Notes under the pieces: generated by a model
What the model saw: the letters and a program-made list of their open reading frames with translations, nothing else
Databases searched by the model: none
Told to the model about the DNA's origin: nothing
Source of the DNA: Antedon mediterranea
Lineage: Eukaryota; Animalia; Echinodermata
Length of the DNA stretch: 64,000 nt
Assembly (NCBI RefSeq): GCF_964355755.1
Contig: NC_092679.1
Span: 3,812,201 to 3,876,200 of the forward strand
Reading direction: 5' to 3'
Shown here: positions 27,123-40,409 of the stretch, in pieces
Layout of the letters: every line of letters begins with the position of its first letter
Position numbering within the stretch: the first letter of the stretch is position 1
Program-made: the position numbers and the translations under genes

Positions 27123-30100
27123 TTCCTAAAACTGTGAAGATCAGTATTTTAAATTACTATACCATACCATCTGCAGTATGCACAGTACAAAACTACTACA
27201 AAACCTACATTAAAACCATTTTCCTCCTTGTTGTAGTCTGTGTTTTTTTCTTGTGTTTACTTTTGATTGATTTTGCTAATATACTGTAACAAGGATTGAT
27301 AATGCTACTGTAATTTGATAAAAGATCACAGGGCGTATTATTCAATCAATTTTCTTAACTATTTAAAAATTATTTTTTTTTATCAAAATGGTAAATTCGA
27401 TTTATTATAAACTGAATTTTGACTAGTGATAAAATCCAACAGATAGAATCTGCTGGAGGTGCTTATTTTCTATGTTATTACATGCAAGGACATGGGTCAT
27501 GGGTCGCATTCTTTGTGATTGTTCATGCATGAAAGCATAGAGAGCAAGGGAATCTCTGAGGTTTTTGATTCTACAGTCTAAATGAAGTTTACATTCCTAT
27601 ATAATTCCCCCTTTTAAATGACACAATAGATTCAAACAATTTAATACAAAAAAAAGTATTGGAAGATTAAGCGGATGACGCTTAAAATACTAAGAAATAA
27701 AAACATGACAAATACAGTGTACGTCAAGCTGAGAAGTAAAGTACTGATGAATGTCTAAGTTATGATGGTGTTACTGTACTCATTTCTGTGCAGTCGCTCC
27801 CTGGTTAAACCCAAGGGCCCAGAGCTTAAGGGGCCCCAGATCATGAGCCCTCCAATGCAAATACCCAACATCGGAGGGTTCCTTAAGGGGCCTTTTCCCC
27901 TGTGTTACACCAATGTTTCTATGCTCTATTTGCAGTGATTTGGCAAATACTTAATGACATGGCATTACTAAATGACCCTATGGTAATTATAATATTTTAG
28001 CAAATGTTTATAACATTGTACGAATATAATTGTAACCCTACAAGTATAATGGACTGGACCATAAAGGTCAGGACTATGTGTAATTATTGTTATGATTTAT
28101 ATCAGTATGCCAGTAAAGTAAAATATAAGATGTTTATACTATGTATACAGTATACTTAATGTAAGAAAAACTAAACATTACTAAAAACTATACTAGATAA
28201 TATTACAATAGTAAGTTGGCAACTCCACACAGCAACTAAATTTTAATACAGTATTCTAATCTATGCATGAGGAAACAAACTTAGTTTTAACCTTGATAGA
28301 GAAAACAAAGATCATGTCCCAATACTTAAATAGCTTGACTGAATATTATATTACAGAATGACAGTATATCTGTAGTTTTTAGTCACACAATGAACTATCA
28401 ATTCAACTCTGAACATTATAAATTCCGTTTTTTTCCCATTGCATAGTGAGTGAGCCAGTGCATAACTTTAACAGTAAATATCTCAGTACATTACTGTATA
28501 AACTATAATATAGTACAGTATCCATACAGTAAGGTACATATAGAGTTTCATAGTTTACCCTACAGGTGCTATAGCATCTTAATTCATTGTCTACAGTATG
28601 ACTCGGTATAATAATTTTGACTCATCTACAGCAATGATTTACACTACATTTTTCTAAATCTTTTTTTTTGGTCAATTTTTTTTAAAAACATAGTATCTTG
28701 CCTCAAGATTTTACTAGCTATACAAATTGGACGACACTATTAAATTAAACCTTCAAATTAAGTCCTGTATTGTAAAATTAAAAAGGCCAGTTAATATACA
28801 ATAATCTTTAATAATATTTAATCATGAAAATCGGATTATAACAGTAAAATGGGGAAATGCCACTACCTGACAGTACTACAATTTAATATTTATATCTCAC
28901 TTTCTAAAAAAATATATTATACATTTACTGCATTAGCAAGAGGTCATGACCTTGTCATACAGGATATGCCTGTGCTTCATATGAAAAAATGGCCTAGTGG
29001 TAGGGTATACAGCAGATATACTGTACTCTATAAATAATACAGATGGTCTACAGTAGGCTTAATGCATTAAAAAAATAATACAGTTAGAGCACCAGAATCA
29101 GTGGACCGGTTTCATTTTGATCGACATTAAACGTAACATTACCTGTACATCTAGGAATAGATAATTCAAATTCATTACATTACAGTTTTAACTATTCAAA
29201 TCTGTCGATATGATGTGAATGAATTATGTAAATTGCCTTAAAAAGCAGCAGAAACAGACAAAAATTGAAAATGATACTTTGCATTAAATATAAATTGTGA
29301 CAAACACAAAAATAACTGGATTTAGATCTTTTCAATCTTTTTTAATGTAATTTGGATTATTATATAGACGACTTTGAATTTAAAAAGTAAAATGCTAAAA
29401 AATGTCATGTCAAAATAGGCTCAGTATATAATTATCATGCAGTTTTACTACAGTACTGTTAATAAACTAAAGTATGAAATTGTAGTACAGTGAAATACTT
29501 CTAGTTTAGAGTCATTATTCTGCTAATATATATGACTTTAATAATCTAGATCCTGTCCACACTTGACATGTGTTTTCTGCATTTACAAAATGCAGTATGT
29601 TAATAATGACTTGCTTGTTGATTAACATGTAATTACTGGAGACTGAAGGAATGCTGTACTAATCACTAGACAATTGACATTCATTACTGAGCCTTTGATA
29701 GTGGTAGTGGCAAACTTGAAATGGCTGTGGTAGGTACTGTATTAATGTGCAGTATTAAATATGGATGCTTGAGACTGGAATCCAAGTGGAGGATCTAGGA
29801 TTTGATGTACTGCCTTTTGTATTTCGATTTTCTGTTGGATCCGCCTCTGGGAATGGTGGACATACTGTACAGCCAAGTTAAATGAATTACAGGCCAAAAA
29901 AACAAAATTTCATTTGGCAAACCCGTCTTTTCCTCTAAAAACACCTTGTGAATCCAAGCCATAGAGTAAAAGGTGGTTCGCAGGCCTTGTCATTTAAAAT
30001 TGCAGTTTGCAACAAATATTCAGGTGTGCTGTATTGAGGGGTACTGTACTACTACTAGGTGTGCTGTTTCTCTTGTTACTGTACATAGAAATTGTGTGTT

Positions 30101-30299
30101 TTAAACCCCTCACCTAAAAGGCATTTTACTCAAGAGTGTGAAGTTTGTGAACACACTTGCACACCTCAAAAGTCAAGACCTACGCATTAGTGGGCTAAAA
30201 AAGTGTTTCTGGAACGAGTATAGAGAGATATTAACCACACATATAATCTTGTGAAATGCAACACATACATTTCATGTTTGTTAAGAAGATGTTACCTAC

Positions 30300-30459
30300 C
30301 TGCAAACGTTTCAACAAGCCTCAGCATAATGCCACCAATATGAATATCACCAGTGACACGGAGGACACGTTCAACTTGTAAATCGGTGATGTAAATCGTA
30401 AGTTCCCATGATCCATCAGCGTACTTCCCGTCAGGAAGCTTGAACATGTGAGGGTCCAT
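30300..30459 (-). CDS. FERMT2: Kindlin/fermitin, first coding exon (F0 domain)
   Basis: Translates [53 protein letters not shown], matching the kindlin N-terminus (PDG.YADG.WEL...LRVTG..HIGG.ML.LVE). Phase-1 GT donor at 30299; upstream acceptor at 30573-30574. Symbol denotes the family (unc-112/FERMT1-3 co-ortholog). Confidence 0.93.
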
Positions 30460-30919
30460 CGTTTGCTTTTGATCGATTTGATTAAATCCTAAATTTTATC
30501 TAGTAGGCCTATTAATATTCCGAATGTCTGTATGATTCTAGGCTACAGTATGTTTGTAGAAAATTTAAAAACCTGCAAAAAAAATATTAATTGTTAGGAC
30601 AAACTGCTGAATTTTATTTTGATCACAATATAAATAAATTTCTGATATATTTTGTATGAAGCATTATGCTAGCTAAAATAAAAAAGATTAATTAAGAAAC
30701 ATCCCTCTACTACCAGACGACACACAATGCACGGCGATAGCAAACAAAGCTGGCTAAAGTAAAACCCATGTTGTACTCAATAAAGAATAATGTGTAAAAA
30801 CGATACAATTAAAATACCATATTATATTACTGGAAGTAAGATAGGCCTATGATATACACAGATAATAAATAGCACAAGAAGAAGCATGATGATGGTGGTC
30901 GAGCGACGAGTTTACTTCG

Positions 30920-31200
30920 ACGGGACTAGGCTAGCTAGGACCTAGGCTAGGTATCATTATTGTCATAATTAATTCTGATGAAAAAAATATGGTAGGCCTA
31001 AAGCCTATATATAGGCCTAATATGTTATAGGTCTACCTCTAGGTATGCACTAGCTAGGCCTAGAGTCAGTCTAGGCATAGGCCTAAGTTCTAACACAGAC
31101 TTTTCTGGGTCCGGGAGCTAGGAGAGCTGGGGCTAGTTTTAGGCCCCTAGCTAGCCTAGCTACGCTAGGCCTAGCCTAAAACTGGGCCAGGCCTAGCCAC
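30920..31200. repeat. TAGGCCTA/TAGCTA low-complexity tract (kindlin intron 1)
   Basis: Iterated ctaggcctag / gctagc motifs. Confidence 0.8.
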
Positions 31201-31261
31201 AAATGGTTGTTGTTCAACACTTTATAATCAATTAATTATTATAAAACAAAACTATACTTAC

Positions 31262-31430
31262 AGCGCTTATTGAGCATTTATGTCATTTCAAAATCACTAC
31301 ACAACATGTTGTTTATACTACTGTATCATAAATCGATAGAACTGTGTCCTTTTTGCAGACGACGATCTGCGGTCAAACAAAACGTAGCCCCTTCTAATTT
31401 TCATGCACGAAATAATAAAATAAGAGAGCA
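31262..31430 (-). other. Putative non-coding first exon of kindlin
   Basis: GTAAGT donor on minus strand at 31261, just downstream of the CCAAT/ETS promoter block; matching acceptor at 30573. TSS is approximate. Confidence 0.5.
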
Positions 31431-31675
31431 GAAAATGTACAGAAATCTCTCACCCAATTGGTGTACTCTTTATCCAATCAGACTCAGTAAAAATGTTGAT
31501 GTTTCGGACCGGAAGTAGGTTCGCCTAACTAGACTCATGTTCAGACGTTTTAAGGTGTACTCTCTTTGATTGAAAAAAGTCGACCTTGCTCGACCTACCA
31601 AAATACAACCAGGCGGCGTTGTGTGGTGTGTGTGAAAGAAATTTGAATAGGATTACATATTTTATGTAATAATTA
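31431..31675. promoter_or_regulatory. Promoter block copy A (kindlin side): CCAAT boxes + ETS site
   Basis: CCAAT at 31454 and 31474, CCGGAAGT at 31509-31516, CpG-retaining; direct repeat of 40676-40973. Confidence 0.7.
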
Positions 31676-32240
31676 TTATAATTTAACTTTAATGATTGCT
31701 GAACTATTTTATCATTATATACAGAAAAACACAATATTTATTATATTGCCGTGAGTGAAATAAATATCGCCAAGTTAATAACTTGGCCAACATAATTAAA
31801 TTGTTCTTTGTCTTATTTAAAAAATGTTTAAATGTTTCTTTCTACCAAATTGGGTGTGTAGGCCTATTCAAACAGCTTCTCAAATCTTTTCAACTAACAT
31901 TTTGCTGAAATATTTTATTCCACTCCTCTCACGTTGTAAATACCGCATATTATAATATTATGAATAATGCCCTTTTACAACATGCAAGTCAGTCACTTTA
32001 TTGTGATTACCATAACACCTGTGGACCATATTTATCAGTATTTTCAAAAATTATATATCAATTACAATTTCACTTGCATATTTAAAAAATATTTAAATAA
32101 TGGGCTTAACATAACATATTATCAGTCAGTCAATAATGAAAGTTTAAATATTTTTTATAATTATTCTCAAACTTATTTTCAGAGTTCCTTTTGTTGTTGA
32201 ATAGATGCCTACTTATAAATTCGGTCCGATATATATAACT

Positions 32241-35200
32241 TTATGTAGTGGGCCTATACGATATCGTCATCATTACCACAACTAAAAACAACGGCGTAAG
32301 CATGTATACATAAGCTACTTCAGAAACCGGTGAATCTGAAAAATATAATATATATATAAAGATAAAAACAAATGTGTACTCCATTAGAAGCAGAAATGGA
32401 GAACAAATCCACAAGAAGAAAGAAATCGCACTTTTGATATTCTCCATAAAATTTCACTTGCAATGCTGTAAAAAGTTTGCTTTGTACGTTTTTTTCCTGG
32501 TTTGGTGTAGTGTAACGATTTAATAATATAAAACTATGAGAATCTATAAGAATGAGAAACTATACTGCTAGCAAGGCTAGCCTTGCTGCTAGCCTCATGT
32601 TTAGCTATATGTAATCAAAATTGTATTCCAAATGAAACACTGTTCTATACAACTTACGCTTTATTGTTTGAACTGTTTTCTGAACTTGTGGACCAAAATT
32701 ACCGTTCGACATGGCTCGCAAGTATATCTCATATTTTCTCTTTGGTACCACATCCGTTACCTCCAACGAGGTTCCATTAATAGTGATAGTCATACTATTG
32801 GTAGTTTCAGAGCTTACAAGTTTTACTAAGGTGTATGTGACTTGATACTGTATGGTACATCCGCGAAGGTCATACCAGGCATGATGGTCCCAATTTATTT
32901 CCAATTTGTTCAAATATTCACCAACTGTTAGACCTGAAACATTTTTAAGCTCTAAAAATATGAAATAAAAGCTTGCATCAGTTGTCAATACAATTGAGTT
33001 GGTTCCCACATGGACACAAAGCAAGTGGGTATCACACACACACGTGAGTTGAACAATCACAAGCGACAGTTCGGATGATCCATCGTGTTTTGATGATTGG
33101 TCAAATTATGTTGGACGCCTCTGCGTTACGTCCTCAACGGAAACCGAGACAATCAATCATAATCGTAACATTAACACCAAGCTCTCAATTCCATTATGCA
33201 ACAATTTGGTTAAAAGGCCAAATCATTGAATTAATCGGATAATTATCTGGATAACCAGGGAAGAGTAATGGTGTAATCTCACTTCATCTCAATAACTATG
33301 TTTTTTATGTACAAAAAGTTCACAAAGTGAAATACCTGGGCATGTAATCTCTGTGTAAGCAGATGGGGATGGAACACCAGGTACTATGCTATTTTCCACC
33401 GTACGATAGACTACAACATTTATTTCATACAGGACTGAGAACATGTTCAATTGAATCGTAAGTTGAATGTCAGTTGTGTTGACTATGGTTGACAACGTAG
33501 TTCCAACTTCAGTGATTTTTAATCCGTAGCAGGGTTGCTCCCCTAGATTTCCGTAATCGTGACCAAACATCCACTGCGACCAGTACACCGTTAAATTGTA
33601 AAATAACGGGGACATACTACTAGATTGCGTGGCATCAGAAAATTTCGGGGCATCGTATAACGCTGGAAGTGCTGAAAGAATCAATAACATCAGGGCAATT
33701 CCAAATAAAAAGACACATTTTGATATATTTCAAGTTCACGATTTTCTGTTTCGGAAAATTATCAAACATCAAATTCACAACATTATTTCTGTCTCTTTAT
33801 TTGGCTTTATTATTTATCTGTAATTATTCTGTGGATCTCATGGTATTATGACTATACATTTTGTTGTAAATTATGGTTAGTTCTGTACAGTGCACGTTAT
33901 TATGGTTATCATTATTATGACTAGTAAAATAAATATTATTGTTGATTGAATATGGTTCACAAGAAACTTCACAAGAATATAATGCGGAGTAATCATATTC
34001 CGATCCGAATAATAATGTCTATATATACAGTAATGATGTCTTTATGTTAATCGGATAAGTTTTGTTAAAGATATATTAAAGAAATATTGACAAAACAAAG
34101 CTTTCCTGAAAAAACTGTAATTTAAAGGGGGAAAAATAGTCTAATAGTCGATGAATTTTTGGTTGAATTTAACCATTTATTTCGTCTTTTTACAAGGGAA
34201 TGTTTTTTTTGTACAGAAGAAAAAAAATGTCCTATTAAAAGTTTTTTTTAAAATAAACTACATTTTTCAGGTTTTAGGGGGACAATACATCTTTAACTTG
34301 CCCTATATCTATTCCTTTAATGTTATAACATACAAATCTGTGGACTACTACCTATTTGACAATCGGCCCCACCCCATCCATCTGCACAAGGATCACCTTG
34401 ACATGAACCAGTAGATCGTGAACATTGTTTTTCGGGTTTGCAGTGGCATTTCTTGTCACATCCCGCACCGAAAAAATTCTTCAGTTTCAAGCTAATTTTC
34501 GAACAGTGGTAACTCCATTTAAGTACTGCAATTAAGAAATTACTAAATTATTCAGAATTTTCGATCAAAAAATTGTCGTCTCTACATACGAACTAGACAG
34601 TGATAGCATGCATTAAAATTACTCAATACAGCAGACTCCAGCTATCTAGATGACTGTCCGTGTAAGTTAAGACATGCACCAGCAGTTGCATAATATAGAG
34701 TGGGATGCAGATGGGATAATTAAGAAGGCCTGCATAGTCAGGCATACAGTACTACTACAAGTAGGAGTATTGAATAGTAGGCCTAGATAGAAGTAATGTT
34801 CTGTAGCCGTCTTATCCATCTTTACTACTGTGCGGTGTTTATCATACGTATTGTGGATATCTTAAGGTAGTACGTCTCCGACTATGTACTATACTTACCT
34901 AAACATCGACTTCCAGAAAATGCATTGTTACATTGGCCACTGCATCCATGATATGGATCCCATGAGTAGTAGTTACAGTGACTAGGCATAGTGCAGCTTG
35001 GACCATAATATGGATAGTTGCAAGCTGTCAAGTATAAAAATAAAATGGTGTTGAAACAAGGCAATCTAACAACAGGACTCTGAGATCAGATCAGATACAG
35101 TAGGCCTACCAAGAATCAGGTTAAAATATACAAATAATTAATGTTTATGATTTCAATGGTGAGAAGATTTCAAAAGTTGAAAAATTGACTGCTCTATAAC

Positions 35201-38200
35201 TCAGCCTCGCCTTGTTAAATGGGAGCACCTCATGAAATCTAATTAATACAAAACATTAATTATTGTTTTATAACACACCTACGTTATTCAATCCATTGTA
35301 AATCATTGACGTATGCTAGGAAAGCTAGGCCATTAAAAAGGGCAGTGTTCCAAATTTAGACGCAGAGTAGAACAGTTATAGACACAGCAAGTTGATTTCC
35401 AAACGCAATCAGTCAACAACGTCGCAATCAGTCAACAACGTGGCATGGCAAAAATTCTTTAAATGTTTACACAACTCAAAAAAACAAACGTGCATTTATC
35501 ACCATTTTTTTCCCATTAGATAGGGCTAATTCCAAATGACATAATTGGCGAATTGACCAATAAAATTGCAAGAATACAATCAGGTGTGTTATAAAGGCCT
35601 ATAATAATAATAACAATTGTTTGTATATATAGCGCCTAACCAAAATAAATTTTCTCTAAATTGCTACTACCACAAGGCTCGATCTAGGTAGAAATTACGT
35701 CATTTCATATGCTATGCGAAAGAGATGGGTTTGGAAGATGTCAATAGAGTTGGCATTCTAGATTGATTGTGGAAGAATATTCCAAAGAATGACCTGTGCA
35801 AGAGAATGACCAGTCAGCAAGTGTATGTCAGCATGTTCTTGGTTGGAATAGTCGAGACAAAGATATAGGAGGCAAATGATAAAAGATATTGCGGTGATTG
35901 TTGTGAGCATGATAATCTTGAATTCTATGCATTGTTTAACCGGCAGCCAATGTAATGGAACAAGATCTGAGCTGATTGGATCGTATTTGCGTTTTTTAAC
36001 TAGAATGAGTCGAGCAGCAGCAGTATGTTAAATGTTCTGAAGTTGGATGAGCAGAGTTTTATTAATCCCTGATAATAAACTGATCAACACATCAACGGGT
36101 AGATCACGTCCTCTTCGAACGAACAGGAATTATACATTTTGATATACATGGTTTATAGCATATTATTATATGTACATAATTATGTAACTAAAGCTTACTC
36201 CCCACTCAACCCAAATGGGTAAGCGCAACGCAAGGTTGATGACAAGTGACGGTTCAGATAGCCTGCGGATAGTCAAGCGCTTATGATTGGTCTTTTTATG
36301 TTCCATTGGTATTAAGTATTGACAACACTTCTTTTTCTTGCTGGCATTGCTCCCATTCTAACTCCCCACCCAAATACGGTAACTCATACAAAAAAGTCTT
36401 TGCTAGACCAAACTCAACACTGTTACCAGGAACTATATATACAACAAGACAGTTCAAATAGCAAACTTCGTCCGTCCCAATTAATGATCAAAAGAGGGCA
36501 GGGCTAGCTAACGAGTGATGATACCATGAGCTAATTAAATATCGGAAAAGACTTACCGAAGTCACATGTTTCGGACATGTAGCCAGAACCACATTGACAT
36601 CGTTGTGGACTAGGCGGACAGAGATAGTAGCCAGAACAATCAACGCCAGAACAAACTTGGGTACAACTCTGTCCAAACTTATTTTTAGCACAAGCTAGAT
36701 TAGAATTTCAATACAAAAAAAAACTATTTATAAAGATAAATTAAGTGTTGTAGTACGAGAAATAAAGTGGTGAGGTGGTTGCAAGAAAAGGGAACAATCT
36801 GTTTGCTTATCAGATGGTTGTCAAAGACCTCCCTGTGAAAAAGTGGTCAGGTTAACTTTACCACCCGAACTGGTTACACATAATCAATAACATTTGATTG
36901 GTCAAATTATTTAATTAATTTGAAACGATAAAGTTGAGGAAATCAGTGATTATATATTTACGAATTTCACAATTTTCTCCCCTATATCCACTTGCACAGA
37001 TGCATAACCCCGTCATGGGATCACATTCACCACTATGATGACAAATAGGGCAGTCATCAAGACAATCTGGAAATCCATATTTTGCTTTAGGGCAAACTAA
37101 AAAAATAAAATCATTTACATTTGTTATATTTTAATTGGGAACTTTCGTTGTCAACATAGAGATTCGTTGAGTACTTTTTGTATTTGAATGGTAAATTGTG
37201 AACAGATTGTACTCGACAGAAAATCATGCGAATAGAAAACGTTAATAAACAACACAATCCGAAAATACTCTGTTAAAATAGGTACTTAATGACTGAAAAA
37301 CTATACTCAACAATCATTCGGAAACACATTCTATAAAGCTCTGTCTACACTATCAAACTTTATGTGACAAACAAATGTGATGCTCATATATGGACATGAT
37401 TAATTTATTTTTATTCAGTTCAAAACAAACAGCGATGAAACCGCCACTAACAGGTTGATGATGTCATATCACTACAATATTTGGGCATATCACTACCATT
37501 ATTTTGTCTCACAATGAATCACGTGTCACGATTTGCTCAATTGGAAAACTGCTTTCTTAAGTTAGATCTTTGTGTCAAAAAGGAAAAACGTTTAAAATAC
37601 TAATTTTGTTTAAAACGGAATTCATCACAGTATTGTCGAGAAGGAAAATATTAATACACATACACTGACGATTTAGATTCGCGCTAATAAATTAACCAAG
37701 TGGAAAACATAAATATATATAAAGTAGGCACATACAGTAGGCTATTGGAAATGAAAATACATTTTTAAAACAAAACATGTTTATTAATATTATTATTATT
37801 ATCAGAAACCACTAATTAACCGTTAAATGTACCTCGAACAATAACTTGAAATGTTGTGCGTTCATATTCCTGCTTGCCATGCTGAATAAGATCATAAACT
37901 CCAGAATCTTCTAATCTAGTTCTTTTCACTTCCTTTGTAAAATTGCCAGCCCATTCAGGTCTCCACTCTGTTCGATTGTGTCGCCATTTAAGAGTATTGG
38001 TGGGAAACGGTGGGCACTGGTAACAATATCCTTCCACCGTTTCTAATGTGAAGTCATCCCCTATGCTCGCTGTTATAATTCTATCATCGCCTACCATATA
38101 AAACACCGTCACTAAATAAATGTTAAAAAGACAAAATTATTGTATCACAAATGTTAAGGCGGGGCAAGGTGTACAGTAAGCAGTTTTTGGATAAATTAAA

Positions 38201-40272
38201 GGATAGCTCCGGGGGATTAAAATATTTAGTTAAAAGCCTTTGCAACAACATTGATCACTTATCATCATTTCTACATGCTATCAGAACCCATGTCAACTCT
38301 CAACTAATCTTTCTCTGTGGCAGTTACCTGCAGAACCAATGGATCATCGCTCAAGTTTTTCGACTTTACGGAGAACAAAAACCTGTTTGCGAAATAACAT
38401 AACGCTTTTCGGGATTGTGCCTCATGAACATATACTTTAACATGAAAATTAATACAGAGAATGTCATTCGCGAATTTGTCTCTGAATTGAAATAATTCCT
38501 CCTCTGAGTTTACAGCCTCTCCTCTCTACCCAAATCAACAAACAACGAACAAACAAGCAAGAAAAAAAGTGTTTAGGCTATCTGTGGCAGCCTGGAATAT
38601 TAAAATGTTCTGTATTAATGAAAATGAGAGTTGTTTTTTGTTTTCTTTGTTGCAGTTTATTAGTGTTAACATTGTCATATTTGTGTGCGTAAACTGATTC
38701 AAATGATCTAGATTACCCTAGACCGCCAAAGGTTCCAGGGGCTTCGCCACCCGGGGGACCCCAAACAAGGGCCCTTTGCGGCCCACTGCCCCCCGCCCAT
38801 GGTTGCTCGCAAAATACTCACATATTGGTTGACCCCCCCCCCCCCCCCACCTATATTTCTTTGCTGGCTGTGCCCCTGATCACCTTTGTTCGTTTTTTAC
38901 AGAAGTGAATAACTTTCAAAACTCCAAAATGCAATATTAAAAATCTAATTTAATAATCTTTTTGGGGGACAATCTACGATAGGCCTAGATATACAAAATA
39001 AATAATAAACAAATTCTTCCATTGAAACATTGGAATGAAATACTGTAACTATGAATGTGTTTATTTTTGTTTTGTAAAATACATTGCAACTTACTGCCGG
39101 GAAAAATAAAATCAATAATATATTTGGACTCTTCCAGTTTTCCATTAACAGTGGCAGTTGTCCGAATAAAAAGACCACCATATATAGATGGGTCAGGTTC
39201 ATATTTGGGTCTTCTTTTAAAAGTGTAAGATGATCCATCATATACACAACTTACAAGTGGTGCGTCAGTGTAGGAACTATGGCAACCTTCGATTTCAAAT
39301 GGGCTACCAGCTGGATGGTGATTGAAGCCTAACCACACCTTTGAAGCGGCAAGTGGATTGGTAACAATTATGAAGGCATTAGATTGAACATGAATTATTC
39401 CTAGTGGTTGAGTATAAACTGTAACATCCAGATTTTCTGTAAAATAATGAAAACGGAATAGTAAGTAGGCCTATTGATCTTAATAATTATAATATGCCTA
39501 TACTATATTAATTAGGTCTAGGCCCTACCTATGCGTTAACAATATTAATGGTGTTCCAATACAATAAATAGTCAACTTTCTCTCAATTTCCATCTAGGCC
39601 TAGGCCTAGTGAGTCCTAGGCTAGATTTCACACTTATTTTACTGTCCTAGCCTAGGCATATATGGTATGCATTTATCAACGCAAATCCAATCAAAGGGAC
39701 ATGTCTGCTGGTTGGCAAACTTTTTTGCAACTCCAGTCTGACGAACTTCGGAAAACTGCAGAAAACAAGTTTGCAGAAGTCCGAGTTTGCTAACCTGTTC
39801 ACGAGAGGGAGAGGCATATAGGCCAAGCATATTAAAATATTAATATAGTATAGCATATAGCCTAGGCTCTAGGTATAGGCCTAGCCTAGGGCCTAGCTAT
39901 AGCCTACTTCTACTACGCCTAGCTACCTAGGCCTATATATAGGCTAGGCCTAGCCTAGCCTAGTAGAGTATCTGCACTACCTACTAGCCTAGGCGCCCAG
40001 GCTAGCTACTAGGCCTAGGGCCTAGCTATAGCCTACTTCTACTACGCCTAGCTACCTATATATAGGCTAGGCCTAGCCTAGCCTAGTAGAGTATCTGCAC
40101 TACCTAGGCCTAGCTAGGCCTAGGGCTAGCTAGGCCCTATATATCCCTATAAATTGGATAGCCTAGCCTAGCTAGGCTAGCCTAGGCCTACTAGGCCTAG
40201 GCTAGTTTTAATATTTAGCCTACCTACTAATACAAAAGTTGCTAAATGCATTATGAACAGTTTTAAGCTCAT
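32241..40272 (-). CDS. Tie/angiopoietin-receptor-like ectodomain protein without kinase (SP-Ig-Ig-EGFx4-FN3x2-TM), ~655 aa, 10 exons
   Basis: Exons 40224-40272 (signal peptide MSLKLFIMHLATFVLV), 39095-39436, 37833-38111 (Ig: LKWRHN..EDSGVY..FQVIVRG), 36962-37096 (CPKAKYGFPDCLDDCPICHHSGECDPMTGLCICASGYRGENCE, Tie-type EGF), 36557-36694, 34899-35024, 34352-34525, 33336-33671, 32658-32951 (FN3), 32241-32335 (hydrophobic VAYVYMLTPLFLVVVMMTISY, then RPTT-stop). All introns GT-AG and phase 1; 1968 nt with no internal stop. Confidence 0.8.
35601..36082 (-). mobile_element. Degenerate L2-clade LINE 3' fragment
   Basis: Minus strand reads LIQLQNI*HTAAARLILVKKRKYDPISSDLVPLHWLPVKQCIEFKII and LWNILPQSI, typical of the L2 ORF2 C-terminus; ends GCGCTATATA...TATTATTAT. 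Confidence 0.8.
37337..37512. mobile_element. MITE family A, interrupted and lacking one TIR
   Basis: Left TIR at 37337; ~55-bp insert at 37400-37455. Confidence 0.7.
39590..40205. repeat. TAGGCCTA/TAGCCTA tract with internal ~125-bp tandem duplication (Tie-like intron 1)
   Basis: gcctagctatagcctacttctactacgcctagctacc...gtagagtatctgcactaccta at ~39891 and ~40020. Confidence 0.85.
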
Positions 40273-40409
40273 GTTATTGTTGCACAACATTCTGTCCAGG
40301 AGAGGAGGCGGCAGAGATGATACAATTAAACTCTGGTCTGGTTGCTATCACTATTTATCACTGATCAGCTATATCATCAATCTTTGCCTAATTCATTCAT
40401 CATCATTTA

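Noticed and set aside
26614-27289. Overlapping repetitive ORFs (CTVHV, YMYVL)
   Set aside because: Artefacts of a stop-free 15-bp minisatellite.
38288-38382. Extra exon in the Tie-like gene
   Set aside because: In-frame TAA follows the candidate acceptor, and the flanking exons already join in frame.
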